Source: Takakia lepidozioides
Lineage: Eukaryota; Plantae; Bryophyta
Assembly: GCA_030704615.1 (NCBI GenBank)
Contig: CM060732.1
Coordinates: 60,636,001 to 60,700,000, forward strand
DNA: 64,000 bases
Direction: 5' to 3'
The translations under genes were made by a program, and so were the position numbers. Positions 1 through 12,851 of the stretch are shown piece by piece; within the stretch, counting starts at the first letter, position 1; each line of letters starts with the position of its first letter. The notes beneath the pieces are model-generated. The model worked only from the letters and a program-made list of their open reading frames with translations, searched no databases and was not told where the DNA came from.

Positions 1-182
1 ATCTTTCTCTTCTATACAGAAGACATATGTATCACATTGACTAGAGCTAGTTTTCCATGCACTACTTAGAGAGTAAAGCATGGTTTTTAGAATGGGATAG
101 TAAGGTGGGCATTGACCTTTTGGTATTTATAATTTCAACTTTGGTATTCACAATAAATTTATTTTTGTATGGGGTTTTAAAC

Positions 183-665
183 CAGTGTTGCTCTGGTATG
201 AGTATTAGACCCGAGTATCAACGCTGGTATCAACCCTGGTATCACGGACCAGACCAGCCTGGTCTTAAAGTTCAACAATATCAGGTCATATACCAAACCA
301 GGTTGGTATCCATATTCTCATACCAGCCACAATACCAATACCCCCCACCATCTTCCTCATTTACTCTGGTATGTGTATTATACTAGTTTATGTGGACATA
401 CATGGACTTATTTATATTTGCTTTATGTTTATTGTATTTATTTTCACTTGATATTTGTTTTCACTTGTAAGTGAAATGGCTTTTGAATGATACCAGAAAT
501 ATCCCATACCAGCTGGTATTGTGATCATGATACTCATACTCATACCAATAACTGGAAAAAAATACATCCAACATTATATAGACCAGACTGGTATGAAAGT
601 TTTGTGATTGGGCCGGTACCGGGACCAATCTGGTACGTAAAAAACCTGATACCAGACCAACACTG
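183..665. mobile_element. Non-autonomous hAT-type MITE
   Basis: 17-bp TIR CAGTGTTGCTCTGGTAT / ATACCAGACCAACACTG (1 mismatch); degenerate 8-bp TSD TTTTAAAC/ATTTGAAC; subterminal GGTAT/ATACC repeats. Confidence 0.75.
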
Positions 666-699
666 ATTTGAACCCTTATAGCCATCCATTATAGCATAC

Positions 700-1560
700 A
701 AAATAATGGCCCGAAGGCCTTTAAGAAAATATAGTTTCTGAAATGTGATATGATAAATAACGTGATTGAATGGATTTTGAACTTATTGGGATGATGAAAT
801 CTAAGGTTGAGAACAAGATATAATATATTAATATATAAACATGTTAAATTTTATTTAAAATAAAAATATATATACCATATTATTATATATTCATATTTAT
901 TATCAATATTTAAAATAAACCTATTTAATTTTATATAGATATTATATTTAATATTTTTGAAATTTTTGAAATGTAATATGTTAAATAACTTGATTAATTG
1001 GATTTGAATTGGAATGATGAAATTTGAGGTTGAAACCATGACGTAATATAATAATATGTTATTATTAATTTTTATTTCATATATATTCTAAATTTATAAT
1101 ATAATATTAGTAAACATCTATATTATAATTCTATATGCTAATTATTATTATTAATTTTTAGATAAGTCTATTTATATATGTAGTTCATGTAATAAATATC
1201 TTAAAGCTGAAATATAAAGATATAACAGTAAAATATATATTGATTGAGTACATAGATATGTAGTAAGTGAAGATAAAATATGAATGATTCATACTGGATA
1301 TTTTGTTGGATAGAGTGATAATTGTGTATATGATAAATGATTTATGTCGTTGATAACTGATTCTTGTTGGTTAGAAAGAATTACATTTATATATATTTTA
1401 ATTAAATTTTTATTTTTGTTATTTTTATATTTTAACGTTATATTTTAACGTTATATTTTATTATATTCTATTATATTCTATTATATTCTATTATATATAT
1501 ATTTTATGATTTAACGTATACTACACGCTTGAATATTATATTTACAATACACTTGATAAA
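700..1560. repeat. Very AT-rich low-complexity tract with short (TTATATTCTA)n and ATTTTAACGTTAT tandem repeats
   Basis: Base composition; tandem units at about 1428-1500. Confidence 0.7.
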
Positions 1561-1949
1561 TTTGTTGAAATGATGTAACATTCAAGTGACAGGTTGCAAC
1601 AATCCAAGAGGTGTAACTCTTTTTTATTTTGAAACCTGATAGGGGAAATATCTTTGAATATAGTCCTTAGTTTTTCTTTTCATGCCCGACCAAAGTAGTA
1701 GTGCTTCCGTATTGACCAGTAGGTCTTTTGAAAGTCCGGGTGTCCTCAGATTGGAACATTATGATTATTATGAATAATTCACAATCTCAGATCTGGGAGC
1801 ATGGGGACACACAACCGACCATTATAAAACAACGCCTCACCTCTCAAGAGGTATGGCCGATATTCTCTTTTTCAATGGAAGTCCTTTGGTTAGGAGACGA
1901 ACTCTTAAATGAGTCTTTGAAAAATCCATCGATCTCATATTGACCCTTG

Positions 1950-2483
1950 ATGTATTCTGTATTAAATTTGGTGAAACGTAGCACGCAGAACGTATAGGAA
2001 CGGGTCAAGTTCTTTGCTGACAAGCATAGGAGTTTTCGTGAGTTTTTTGTTGGTGATATGGTGTTCTTGAAAGTTACACCTAAAAGAAGCAATTTAACAC
2101 TGGGCAAGTGTTACAAACTATCACCAAGATTTTGTGGCCCATTTAAAATCCTGGAACACCATGATATAGTAGCATATGAATTCGATCTGCCTCCCATGTA
2201 GAAGATTCGAAGATTCACAAGGTTTTTCATGTCGGCATTCTCAGAAAATATATGTCAGATTCGTCTCATATCTTGCCCACATTGTTGCAGGTTATGACCG
2301 ATGGTCAGTTGATAGCTGATTCAAACTCGACTGAAGCACTTGCGCAATCAACCTTGCAAAGAATATTTGATTAAATGGTTGCACTATCCAGAGACAGAAG
2401 CTACTTGGGAAAGATAATTGAGATTAAATTATCTTTCTTTTTTCTGTCATTGGGGACAATGTGCCAAGTTTGGGAGGGGGAGA
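1950..2483 (+). pseudogene. Decayed chromovirus-type Ty3/gypsy integrase C-terminus with chromodomain and PPT
   Basis: Translates to FADKHRSFREFFVGDMVFLKV...KLSPRFCGPFKIL (GPF motif) and KEYLIKWLHYPETEATWE (chromodomain), with stops and frameshifts. Followed by purine tract GGGAGGGGGAGA and TGTTAG at 2485 (3' LTR start). Confidence 0.75.
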
Positions 2484-4073
2484 TTGTTAGCTGCCAAGAA
2501 CAAGACTGGAATTGTGAACCAGCTCTGAACAAAGCAGCGACAATTGCTAGAGTTTCGGCCTGTTCGATGGACTGACAGCTGCAGGTCGATATGGGCAAAC
2601 TCGTGATTACAACAGGTGTCATGATTTGAATATTCCCCGGTTTCCACCATGGACTCCTTGCATTTTCTTTTTTTTTCTTGCGCAATTTTGTCTTCTTCGT
2701 TCATGGTATTGCCCGGAGGTATGGTTCTTGTAAGACTTTCGACCCCGAATGTCAGTTGCTTAATGCAACGCTCGATCTCAGGACTAGTTACCACCATATT
2801 CAATGTTAATTCATGGATGCGCAGCCGTTGAGTTTCTTCAATGTCCTCCAACTCTTTGATTCGGCGGTCTCTTGCAGCCAGTTCTTCTTCCAATGTTGCA
2901 TGCGCTTACATCTCTCACCCCCTCGTTCTCCGGTACTATTCACGTATTTTCCTCCCATTGTCCCCGAAGTCCGTGTCAAGTTATTTCACTACTAGTGTGA
3001 AACTAGCTAGGAAATAGCTAGCTTTTACATATTGACATTTGGGATTGGCCCAAGTGTCAATCCAGGGGTCAAGGCAGATTTAGGCCCTGGAGTGGTTATC
3101 TTCACGGCAAGTGTGGGAGGCTCATCTTTCTCGAGTTGAGCCTCACCGTGCCTAGCTATGGTGCCGTAGTGTGGATTCCCCATGGCGTGAGGTGCACTTG
3201 GCTTGACTTGTATTTGAGTGATGAGGTTATATATGCATGAGTTTATGCTTCAGCTTTGTGAGCTCGTGCTTGTATTCTTCATCTTTATCACTCGAGAAAG
3301 ATGAGCTTGTATCTGTGAGTGCTAGATACGAGTTAGTTGGAGCATTTGTGGTTTTTGCTTGAGAATGAGAGAAACCAGGTTGTTATGCAAAGAGCACCGT
3401 GGAGCTCTTGGTTGTTAGAGCGGAGGCGATAAGGGTTAAGAGGTAATAGACCTTGGCATTCGATCTTCAGCTTCAGAGATGAAAGCACCATGCTGCAGGT
3501 AATTCCAGAGCACCTTGATGGTTTCAGATTGTGTACATGCATGAGCAAACACGATTGGAAAGAGGACTAGAGTCTCTTGTTTTCAAGCTTTAGAGAGCTA
3601 GAACGGAAGGGCTAGGGCTGGTTTCCACTTGGGGTGAAATAAAAGCACTTATAGGGCCTATGTGAGTTGGGGTTTCAACTTCAAGCTTAAAGGGAGCACA
3701 ACTCTTGAAGCAGCAGGTGCAGGGGCTGGATTAGGTGTGAAGGGCATGCTATGGTCAAGAAAAGCACGTGAATGAGTGCCTACAAGGGCTGGAAGTCAGC
3801 CATGTTTGGTTAGTCGTCATAGGGATCAATGACGCTGTTTTGTGAGTTAAAAAAAAGCTTGTGCACTTAGTTTCGGTTGCAAACATCTTCCTTTGGAATT
3901 AGAGCTACTATTGGTGGTGTGTGGGGGCCACAAAGAGCAAGAATACCTTGCTGATTCCTCACAGCCGCCATAGCTAGGTGCAAAGAAGCCTAGAGCCCAA
4001 GAGACACAAACCCTAGCTTGGCATGGCTAAACCCCTTGGAGAAATGGCTAAACTGCCATGAGTGGCCATGGAT

Positions 4074-4444
4074 GGGGCTGTGACAGGCTGTGCCATGTGG
4101 CCTGTGGGGCTGTGACGGGCTGTGACAGGCTGTGACAAGTTGTGCCCTGTGCCCTGTGGGGTTGTGACAGGTTGTGACAGGCTGTGATGGGCTGTGGCGG
4201 GCTATGACAGGCTGTGATGGAATGTGAGGGGCTGTGACAGGCTGTGGCGGGCTGTGACAGGCTGTGATGGGCTATGCCCTGTGGCCTGTGACGGGCTGTG
4301 ACGGGCTGTGAGGGGCTGTGACAGGCTGTGGCCTTTGGGGGTGACAGGCTGTGACCTGTGGCCTGTGGGGTTGTGACGGACTGTGACAGGCTGTGCTGGG
4401 CTGTGAGGGGCTGTGATAGGCTGTGACATGTGGCCTTTGGGGCT
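4074..4444. repeat. GGCTGTGACA-type tandem array, ~10-bp period (left half)
   Basis: Repeated GGCTGTGAC(A/G) units read directly. Confidence 0.95.
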
Positions 4445-7400
4445 TGATGGAGAAAAAGAAGGGAGTGAGGAAGAAAGGAAAAAAGAAGATGCAGACATGC
4501 AAAGTAATGAAGAGACTTTGGCTGCAGTAATATGTCAGACCAAAGCAGAAATTACCATTGGACAGCTATTAGATGTGGCACCTTATTGTAGGCACAGGCT
4601 GTATCAAGCAATCAATCGAATTGCCCAAGAGACAGGAAACACAGACCTGAACAGCAAGGTGACCAGTTATAATGTGAAGCCAGAAGGGCGAGAACCAGTC
4701 ATGGACTTTGATGATTCTATGCCAGTAATCCAATTGAGAATTGGAAGCACAGAACTAACTGATGTACTGATAGATGGTGGTTCTGGAGTAAATATCATGA
4801 CAGACCAATTAAGAAAAAAGCTTGGTCTAAGTAACATGAAACCAGCCCCATTTACAGTAACAATGGCAGATCAAAGAAGTGTGCAGCCATTGGGATTAAT
4901 AAGAGGAGTTAAGATACAGATACAGAAAATGATCTTTATGATCACAGTAACTGTATTAAAAATGGATGAAGTCATGGAGGCTTACTCCTTATTATTGGGA
5001 CGTCCGTGGCTGAAACAGGCCAGGGTATTCCATGACTGGAATTCTCAGTTACTAACCGTGCATAATGGGATACACGAGATACAAATTACCACAAAGAAAT
5101 CTAGTAGATTACCTGCTACAAGAAGACCTCGAGGAGTCAGAGAGTATGACTGGAGAGGAGGACTGGATGAGGAGCAGGAAGCTACCCTATTTGCTGCACA
5201 CCCAGAGTGGGAGCAGGTTGCAGAGATGCGGCTGGAAAGCCTAAGTTGTTTGAGAGGTATCTGCTGTGGTGTAGTGACAGCAACACCAACTGAAGAGGAA
5301 ACTAGCATTTACCCATCACATTTCTATGAAGAGAGAGAAGGAGAAATAGAAATCCTAGAAGAACCAGCCACTGTGAGCTTACAGGATGAAGTGGTGACTG
5401 GTTGGACAATCACAGCTGATGAGCAGGTGAGAGAAGTAAATGTGGGAACTCAGGAGGAACCGAGGATGGTGAAAGTAGGAGCTGATTTGGAGCCGGAATT
5501 CTTCGAAGAAGCTAAAAGCTTGTTCATCAAATACAGAGATGTATTTGCTTGGAGCTATGAGGATCTAAAAGGGATACCACCTGAAGTTTGTCAGCATAAG
5601 ATTGAACTGGAACCAGGGTCAGTACCAATCAAGCAGGCGAGGTATAGAATGAATCCCAACTACGCACAGAAGGTTGGAGAAGAGATAAAGAAGTTGGCTG
5701 AGGCTAAGTTTATATACCCAATAGAGTATACAACTTGGTTGTCACCCATTGTTATAGTTCCCAAGAAGAATGGCAAACTAAGAGTATGTGTGAACTATAA
5801 GAAGCTGAATGCTTGTACGAAGAAAGATCCTTTCCCTTTGCCATTCACAGAAGCAGTATTAGACACTGTGGCAGGCCATGAGATGTACTCATTCATGGAT
5901 GGCTTCAGTGGTTATAATCAAGTGCAAGTGGCAGAAGAAGACCAAGGGAAAACAGCTTTCATCACAGATTGGGGGGCTTATGCATACAAAGTCATGCCCT
6001 TTGGACTTTGTAATGCACCAGCGACCTTTCAGAGAGTGATAAGTGAATCTTTTCATGAGTATCTGGATGATTTCATGCAGTATTCTTGGATGATTTCAGT
6101 GTGTACAGCTCTAAGAGTGAACACTTGCATAAATTGGAGTTATGTTTGGCCAGATGCAGGATGAGAGGTCTGGGCCTGAATCCAGAGAAGTGTACTTTCT
6201 GTGTGAACTCAGGGGTGCTTCTGGGACACATTGTGTGTAAGAAGGGACTCCTTGTGGATCCCAGAAAGACAGAGTCCATTAAAGCATCTCCACCACCAGT
6301 GAATGTTAAAAGTCTACGGAGATTCCTTGGGCAAACCAGTTATTACAGGAGATTTGTCAAAAGGTATGCACAAATAGCAGCACCATTGAGCAAACTACTG
6401 AAGAAAGATGCAGTGTTTGCCTGGACAGCGGAATGTCAACAGGCATTTGAGGAACTTACACTGTCAGTAACAACTACACCTGTACTGATTAACCCTCACT
6501 GGCATGTAGTATTCCATGTTCATTGCGATGCATCAGGAGAAGCGTTGGGAGCGGTGTTAGCCCAGAATGTTACAGGGAATATAGATTCACCTGTGTATTA
6601 TGCTAGCCGGTTGATGAACAGTGCTGAGAGGAACTATAGCACAACGGAAAGAGAAGCATTGGCAATGATTTATGCAGTCAAGAAATTCAGGCATTACCTA
6701 TTGGGAAGAAAGTTTATGTTTTATGTGGATCACCAGGCTCTGAAATATCTGGTGAACAAACCTTTGATAAGTGGAAGGATAGCGAGGTGGTTAATAATCT
6801 TGCATGAGTTTGAGTTCGAGGTTATTTACAAGCCTGGCCGTTTGCATCTTGTGGCAGATCATTTGTCACGACTAACAACAGGAGTGGCCGCCACAGGAGT
6901 GGACGATCAGTTACCTGATGCGAGTTTATTTGTAATGGAGGTGCAAGGAAGTGCAGATGAATGGTTAGATTGGCAGTGGCCAATCAGATACTACCTTGCT
7001 CATGGTCAGTGCCCACCTAGTTATGGTAAGGAGCAGAGGAAGAGAATTGCTATCAAAGCTTTACCTTATACTATGGTAGGAAGCAGAATGTATAAGTTAG
7101 GACCTGATGGAGTACTAAAACGATGCTTGTACCACCATGAAGTAAATAAAGTTTTGGCGGAAGTTCATAAAGGAGTGGCTGGAGGTTATTTTGGAGAAGA
7201 GACTACCAGTAGAAAGATACTACTCGCAGGATACTGGTGGCCTACTTTGTTCAAAGATGTACACGAGTATTGTCAGAAGTGTGATGAATGTCAGAGGCTA
7301 GGGCCTTTGCAGAGATCTGGAAGGATGGCCTTGCATCCTACAATGCCTACGGAACCATTTCAGAAATGGGGACTAGACTTTGTTGGACCAATTAACCCAC

Positions 7401-8575
7401 CATCCAAGAATACACGAAACAGGTACATAATTACAGCCACTGATTATACTACAAAGTGGGTGGAAGCTAAAGCTTTGAGGGACAACACAGCCAAGTCCAC
7501 AGCAAGGTTCCTGTACGAGAACATACTTACACGATTTGGCTGTCCCTTAGAATTTATTAGTGATCAAGGAAGTCACTTCATGAATGAGACCATTGAGTTG
7601 TTGACTAAAGAGTTTATGATTGTGCATAGAAAGAGTACAACATATTACCCACAGGGTAATGGGCAGGCAGAGGCTACCAACAAAATACTATGTACTATCT
7701 TGACTAAGATAGTCAATGCAAACAGAACGGATTGGGATACGAAGCTGCTGACAGCTTTGTGGTCATACATGACTTCATATAAAGTCACCACTAAGTATAC
7801 ACCATTCCAATTAGTTTATGGTATGGAAGCCTTACTTCCAGTGGAATTCCTGTTACCTACCATGAGAACGGAGTGGGGAAAAAGAATGGAATTGCAAGAC
7901 TCCATCAAGGTCATGAAACATGAATTATACCATGTGGAAGAAGTACGTGCTGATGCAGCTGATAATATGACCAGAATTCAGATGAAGAGAAAGGAACAGT
8001 TTGATGAAGGCAAGTTAAAGACTTTTAAGACGGGGGATTTGGTTCTATGGTTATAAAAGAAAGGAAAGATTCAAGCTTCTAAGCTTAAATCACCATGGAA
8101 AGGACCTTATGTCATACAAAAGATGTATGATAACAACACCGCCATGTTACAAACCATTAACAAAGAAATGCTGGGAAGAGTCAATGCAAATAAGTTGAAG
8201 GGGTACAGTGGTATCCATGACAAACCCCTGCAGCATGATTTGCATATAGAACCGCAAGAGCAGTCACGGGCTGCACCAGTGTTACGAACGGAGTATGGAA
8301 CACTTGTCGCTAGGCCCAGCATATATGACCAGGGTGGGCAAAACAAACGTGACACAGCCTATCACAGCCCATCAAGGCGCAACACAGCCTATCACAGCCC
8401 ATCACGACGTGACACAACCTATCACAGCCCAGCAAGGCGCAACACAGCCTATCACAGCCCAGCACGGCGCAACACAACCTATCACAACCTACCACAGCGT
8501 GTCACAGCCTATCACAGCTTACCACAGTGCATCACAGCCTATCACAGCGTAACACAGTATGACACAGCCTACTAA
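4445..8575 (+). pseudogene. pol: pol polyprotein (protease, RT, RNase H, integrase) with one frameshift and one premature stop
   Basis: Protease LIDGGSGVN; RT KDPFPLPF...DGFSGYNQ...MPFGLCNAPATFQ...FLDDF (frameshift ~6078); RNase H CDAS...NYSTTEREAL; integrase WGLDFVGP...SDQGSHF...PQGNGQAE. TAA at 8054-8056, then in-frame WKGPY motif; frame stays open to 8575. Confidence 0.93.
8351..8572 (+). repeat. CACAGCC array (30-bp higher-order unit of three 10-mers) at the end of pol
   Basis: Units such as CACAGCCTAT CACAGCCCAT CAAGGCGCAA; translate in the pol frame as (TAYHSPxRRx)n. Confidence 0.9.
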
Positions 8576-9260
8576 AGTTACACCATCCATAGAATCAGTG
8601 ACAAGTGGACACATAATAACTTCAGGAAAATGGATGACGGAAGAGGAAACGGAAATTACTTTAAAAATAGACACGTGGAGGTCAGGGCGCGACACACAGC
8701 AGACAATGAAGTGCAAGGACAGGTGTCAAAAAGAAAGAAGACAGGAACGGCCGTCAAAAGGGATGAAAGCCAGGCCCATTAATGAGTACGGAAAAAGGGA
8801 AACGGAACGAACGGCAAGTACAGAAAAGCCGAATTCTTGTCACATGTGTGATCCTAGTGGACTATCCAAGAGGGAAAGTCCACTAAAGAAGATAAAATCT
8901 AAAATCCAGTCACAGCGGATACAGCCAATAGAAAACCAGAGAAAGGATCAAGAAAATGGAGGGAAATTGAGCGCAAGAGGCGGCGTCGTTCTGAGTAACG
9001 GGCGTCTCGACAGGACAGGCCATAAATGCTATAACTTGGAAACTATGGAGGAACTAACAGACTATACGCTCGCAATATTACTTACGCAGTGGCATAGACA
9101 CGAAAGGACAGAGCAGAGCTTTTCTCTTGAGCAATGCTTGCAAGCCCCGCAGGCTTACAAGAAATTACCCATAGCTTTCTGCGGCAACCATACGTTTATG
9201 CTTTGTGCACTACAGGCATTCCTGCAGTTGTTACAGCCAAAGCAGTTCTGTGAGTCTAAA

Positions 9261-11584
9261 ATGAAGAGAGTGAGAGGAATGGAGGAAATCAGGGTGAAGA
9301 GCACCACAATTCTGCAGAAACAAACGATGGCTACCCCACAGGCGATAAAGATACTGGAGGAGCTGAGATTGGAAGGATTGCAAAGCCTAGATTGGACACT
9401 ACACCATAGACAGTACATGTTACAATTTTTGCAGAACTTTGAGCCAAGGACAGGAACAACAACGGTGAAGGGAGTTGAATTAATGATTACTCCCCTATAC
9501 CTCCAGCAATTGTTTCGATTGCCAGCAGGTCAGGTGCATGTGGAGGAACACAGGGCAAGACTGCAAATAGGGGACTTATTCCAAGAAGGGAGTTTCTTTA
9601 AAACTCAGGGTTATGCTTGTACCAAAGCTGTGTACCCAGGGTTAAAAGAGATAGGCCAGGTACTGAACGTTCTGATTGCCCTGAAACAGAACCAACAATA
9701 TTTGAGCAGATCCTTCACAGAGGAAATACTCAAAGGCCTGAAGGGACAAGAGGTACAATGGGCGGACATAATGTACAACGCACTGGTAGAGGAGATGAAA
9801 AGATTACAAGGTACTACCGCAAAGTCTCTATCATCATAGTGTCTGGCCCAATCATTGCTCAAATAATCCTTGATTCTGGCATACTTAATGCACAAGAAAG
9901 GAAAGAAATGGGAGTGTTTGAGCCAGAAACAACTGCAATGGAAGAGCAAGGCTCTTCACACAGTGAGGGTGGACTAGCAGCACAACCCGAGACTAAGAGG
10001 CAGAGAAGGGGAAAGACTGTAGTGGCGGATCCACTGGCTTCACGGATTCCGCATGATAATGTTTCCCAAGCTCATGGCCAGGAAGGGGCACAGCAGCACA
10101 GACAAATGCTATTACTGGAAGCAGGACCTTCAGAGAGGGAGGAGGAAGTTACTTCTGCATCACAACCATCACAGCCACTTGAACGACTTGTCACAAGGTC
10201 ACAAGTTATCCATGCAGCTCAACCCGAAATAATTGATTTGGAAAGTGAAGGGATAGATATTCCAACTACAGAACAGATAGTGGCAGAAATAGAGAAAGGG
10301 GACCTTCTCTATGAATATTCTGGTCTGGTCAAGGAGACAGAAATCCCAGAGGTGCAACAGTTGCCCTAGGGAAATCCTGAGGTGCATATAATACACACAC
10401 CTGTGTCGGAGGTACCACATGCGGAAGGTCATGACACTGTAGCACCGGTGATAGATGAAGTAGTTCAGGAAGAAAATCCGGTGGGACAATGGCCTGAATG
10501 GTTAGTGAGACATCATACTGTTGAAGATCAGGAGGAACAGCAGCAACCTCACCATGATGACCCTCAACAGGCAATGCTGATGAGTTCCATAGGCAGGACA
10601 CTTAATTTGTTGGGGACTTATGTCAAATCCCATGTTCCAATTACCCAATTGACAGCCTTGAAAGAGGAACTCAGGAAGGAGTTTGAGGCTCGACTTGCCA
10701 CTGAGTGTGCAAACAAGGTCGATGAAGAGGTCACTCTCAAGATGAAGCAGGACTTGGGCAATACAGAAATGGCTTTGCAATTGGCCAAGCAACAATTGAT
10801 TGAGGCAGGCCTCGCGCAAGACCAGTTGCACGAAGCACATAAGCAACAGCTATACCAAATGCAGGTGCAGCATGAAAGCAAGTTGCAAGAACTGAATGCA
10901 CTACATACGGAGTTGCAGACAGTGCATAACAGGATGGCGATACAATGTGCTACATTTACAACTATGCTTGACCAATCAACAAAAGAAATAAACAGTCAAG
11001 CGGAAAAATGTACGAAGGCAGAAGAAGAGAATGTTGAGCAAATGAAGCTCATTGTCGATATGAAGAATACAATCTGCCGCAATGAAGATACTTTCAAGCA
11101 ATACAGGCAGATGGAAGCTGATCAAGAGAAACACATCGTGGAGTTGCAACAAACCATCATGGCCAATAGAAATGAAATCGCGGTCAGTAACAAGGCTTGG
11201 AAGGAAGCCAATAATCTACTTGCTGCTTATGCGCAATTGGTTGAACCACAGGCGAAGCGCATGGAGGCTTTACAACAGCAGTTGGAATTGTACAAGCTAA
11301 GAGAGGAGCAAACTCTCAGGGGAACCACAAGCAGCTTGGTGGATAACAGCCTTATGCAGGTCTGGTTAGCACAAGGGCCAGTAGAGGGCAAAGCCCCACG
11401 GAAGCTCACCCAAAGCGAAATGAATGAGCTCAGGCTGCAGGTGCAGAACATTGCCACAACTACTATAGACAATGTCTATAGTAGGATAGCAGAGTTACAA
11501 GAGGATGTAGACGGACTCCAGACTCAAGTGGAAGACCTCACTTCAAACATCACCAAAGAGTCTATATCCCTCAGGAACAGCTAA
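9261..11584 (+). pseudogene. Accessory ORF A: Athila ORF1/plant transposon protein-like N-terminal domain, acidic linker and long coiled coil
   Basis: ORF-track pieces 8559-9839, 9617-10369 and 10382-11584 join through a frameshift near 9835 and an in-frame TAG at 10367-10369. FLQNF...TVKGVELMIT...LFRLP and VQWADIMY resemble Athila ORF1-type domains; E/Q/L heptad-rich C-terminus. Start codon uncertain. Confidence 0.65.
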
Positions 11585-12774
11585 TGGCTTCTTATTTACA
11601 AGCCAGAACTTTGGCTTTTCAGTCTTCACAGGAGGTGCAGGAGATGCCAATGATACAAGAGCCAGTACCACCACCACCACAACAAGTCACTGTACCAGTA
11701 GCTGAACCTGTGGTTACTACAACCACACCACAGCCACCACAGCCGGAGGTATGGGGCAATGCCGCTTTTAACCCACCTAAAACTCCAGCTGCAAGGGAGT
11801 ACAACAGGGCTATGCTTATACCCTTCAACCAAATTCCCATCATGTTGGATTTGGCTTGGAAAGAATTTAGTCCTCCGCAATCATTCGCACATTACTACCA
11901 AATCATGCGTATTTGGCTGCCAGTGGCAACTAGGACTAAAGTTCTTCCAAACAATCGACATATTGAAGATCATCACTTTGCACAATACTGGCACGAGGCA
12001 GGTACCATGTTGAGGGAATTGGTTGCTTTCCAGGTTGTACATGGACTCATTTATACCAAGACCAAGGAGATAGCAAGTATTGTCATGGGGTGCGGGCTAT
12101 ACTACGCTGCTTGTTTTCTGGTACGTTACCACATTGAGCAACAAAAGATGCAAACACGTTTTCAAAGTTATTCCAGTGGAGATCATTGGGTATTACCTTC
12201 GGTGCCACCTCATATGTACCTATATGACCCAAAAGTTATGATGCAAAAGGATTCTCAAATTCGTTCATGGTTTCAAGCTGCCTGCAACCATTTGTCAACA
12301 CAGAAATTCGGACTTGATGACATTTTCTATAAGGGACATGTGGCATGGAAGTACTTGCACGCTGCACCAGTAATTGGTACCCCACTCACCTGGACAGACA
12401 AGGAGCTCAGTGTCTACACCAATTTTGCTGTTCAGCGGTTACACCAAGTTGTAAAATGCAAACTTCCAGACATGGTAGGACAACATTGTATGCCCCAGAT
12501 GATTCCACAAAAGGTTCGAAAATTAAAACATCTGAGAGGTGATGAGGATTCTGATACAACTGTTTCTTCACAGAATTCTTTTGACATGGGAGAAGACTAT
12601 GCAATTCAGATGGCATAAAAGAAGCGACGGGGGTCTCCTATGCCGGAAAGGTTACCTCGATATCAGCCTCCAGAGGGCCTCACTTATCCAGGTAGTAATC
12701 AACCATCTCCGTCAACCAGAGACAGACCTCGGGCTCGTACACACAGTCCGCCACGAAACTCTCAACGTCAATAA
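11584..12774 (+). CDS. Accessory ORF B, unknown function (344 aa; ~396 aa if the TAA at 12616-12618 is a recent CAA>TAA change)
   Basis: ATG overlaps the ORF A stop (TAATG). After the TAA the frame continues KKRRGSPMPERLPRY...RARTHSPPRNSQRQ to 12774. Confidence 0.65.
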
Positions 12775-12835
12775 GGTGCTCACTCACAAAGGTTTGCTAC
12801 TCGGAAACAGTAAACCGTGAGGACACGGCTTTTTG

Positions 12836-12848
12836 AGGGGGGAAGGGG
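12836..12848 (+). promoter_or_regulatory. Polypurine tract
   Basis: GAGGGGGAAGGGG ending 3 nt before TGTTAGAGG. Confidence 0.8.
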
Positions 12849-12851
12849 TAA

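Noticed and set aside
4202-4502. HSPSQP-rich ORFs here and at 13786-14322
   Set aside because: Artefacts of translating the tandem array.
9261-11584. True retroviral envelope gene
   Set aside because: No signal peptide or convincing transmembrane helix; looks like a soluble coiled-coil protein.
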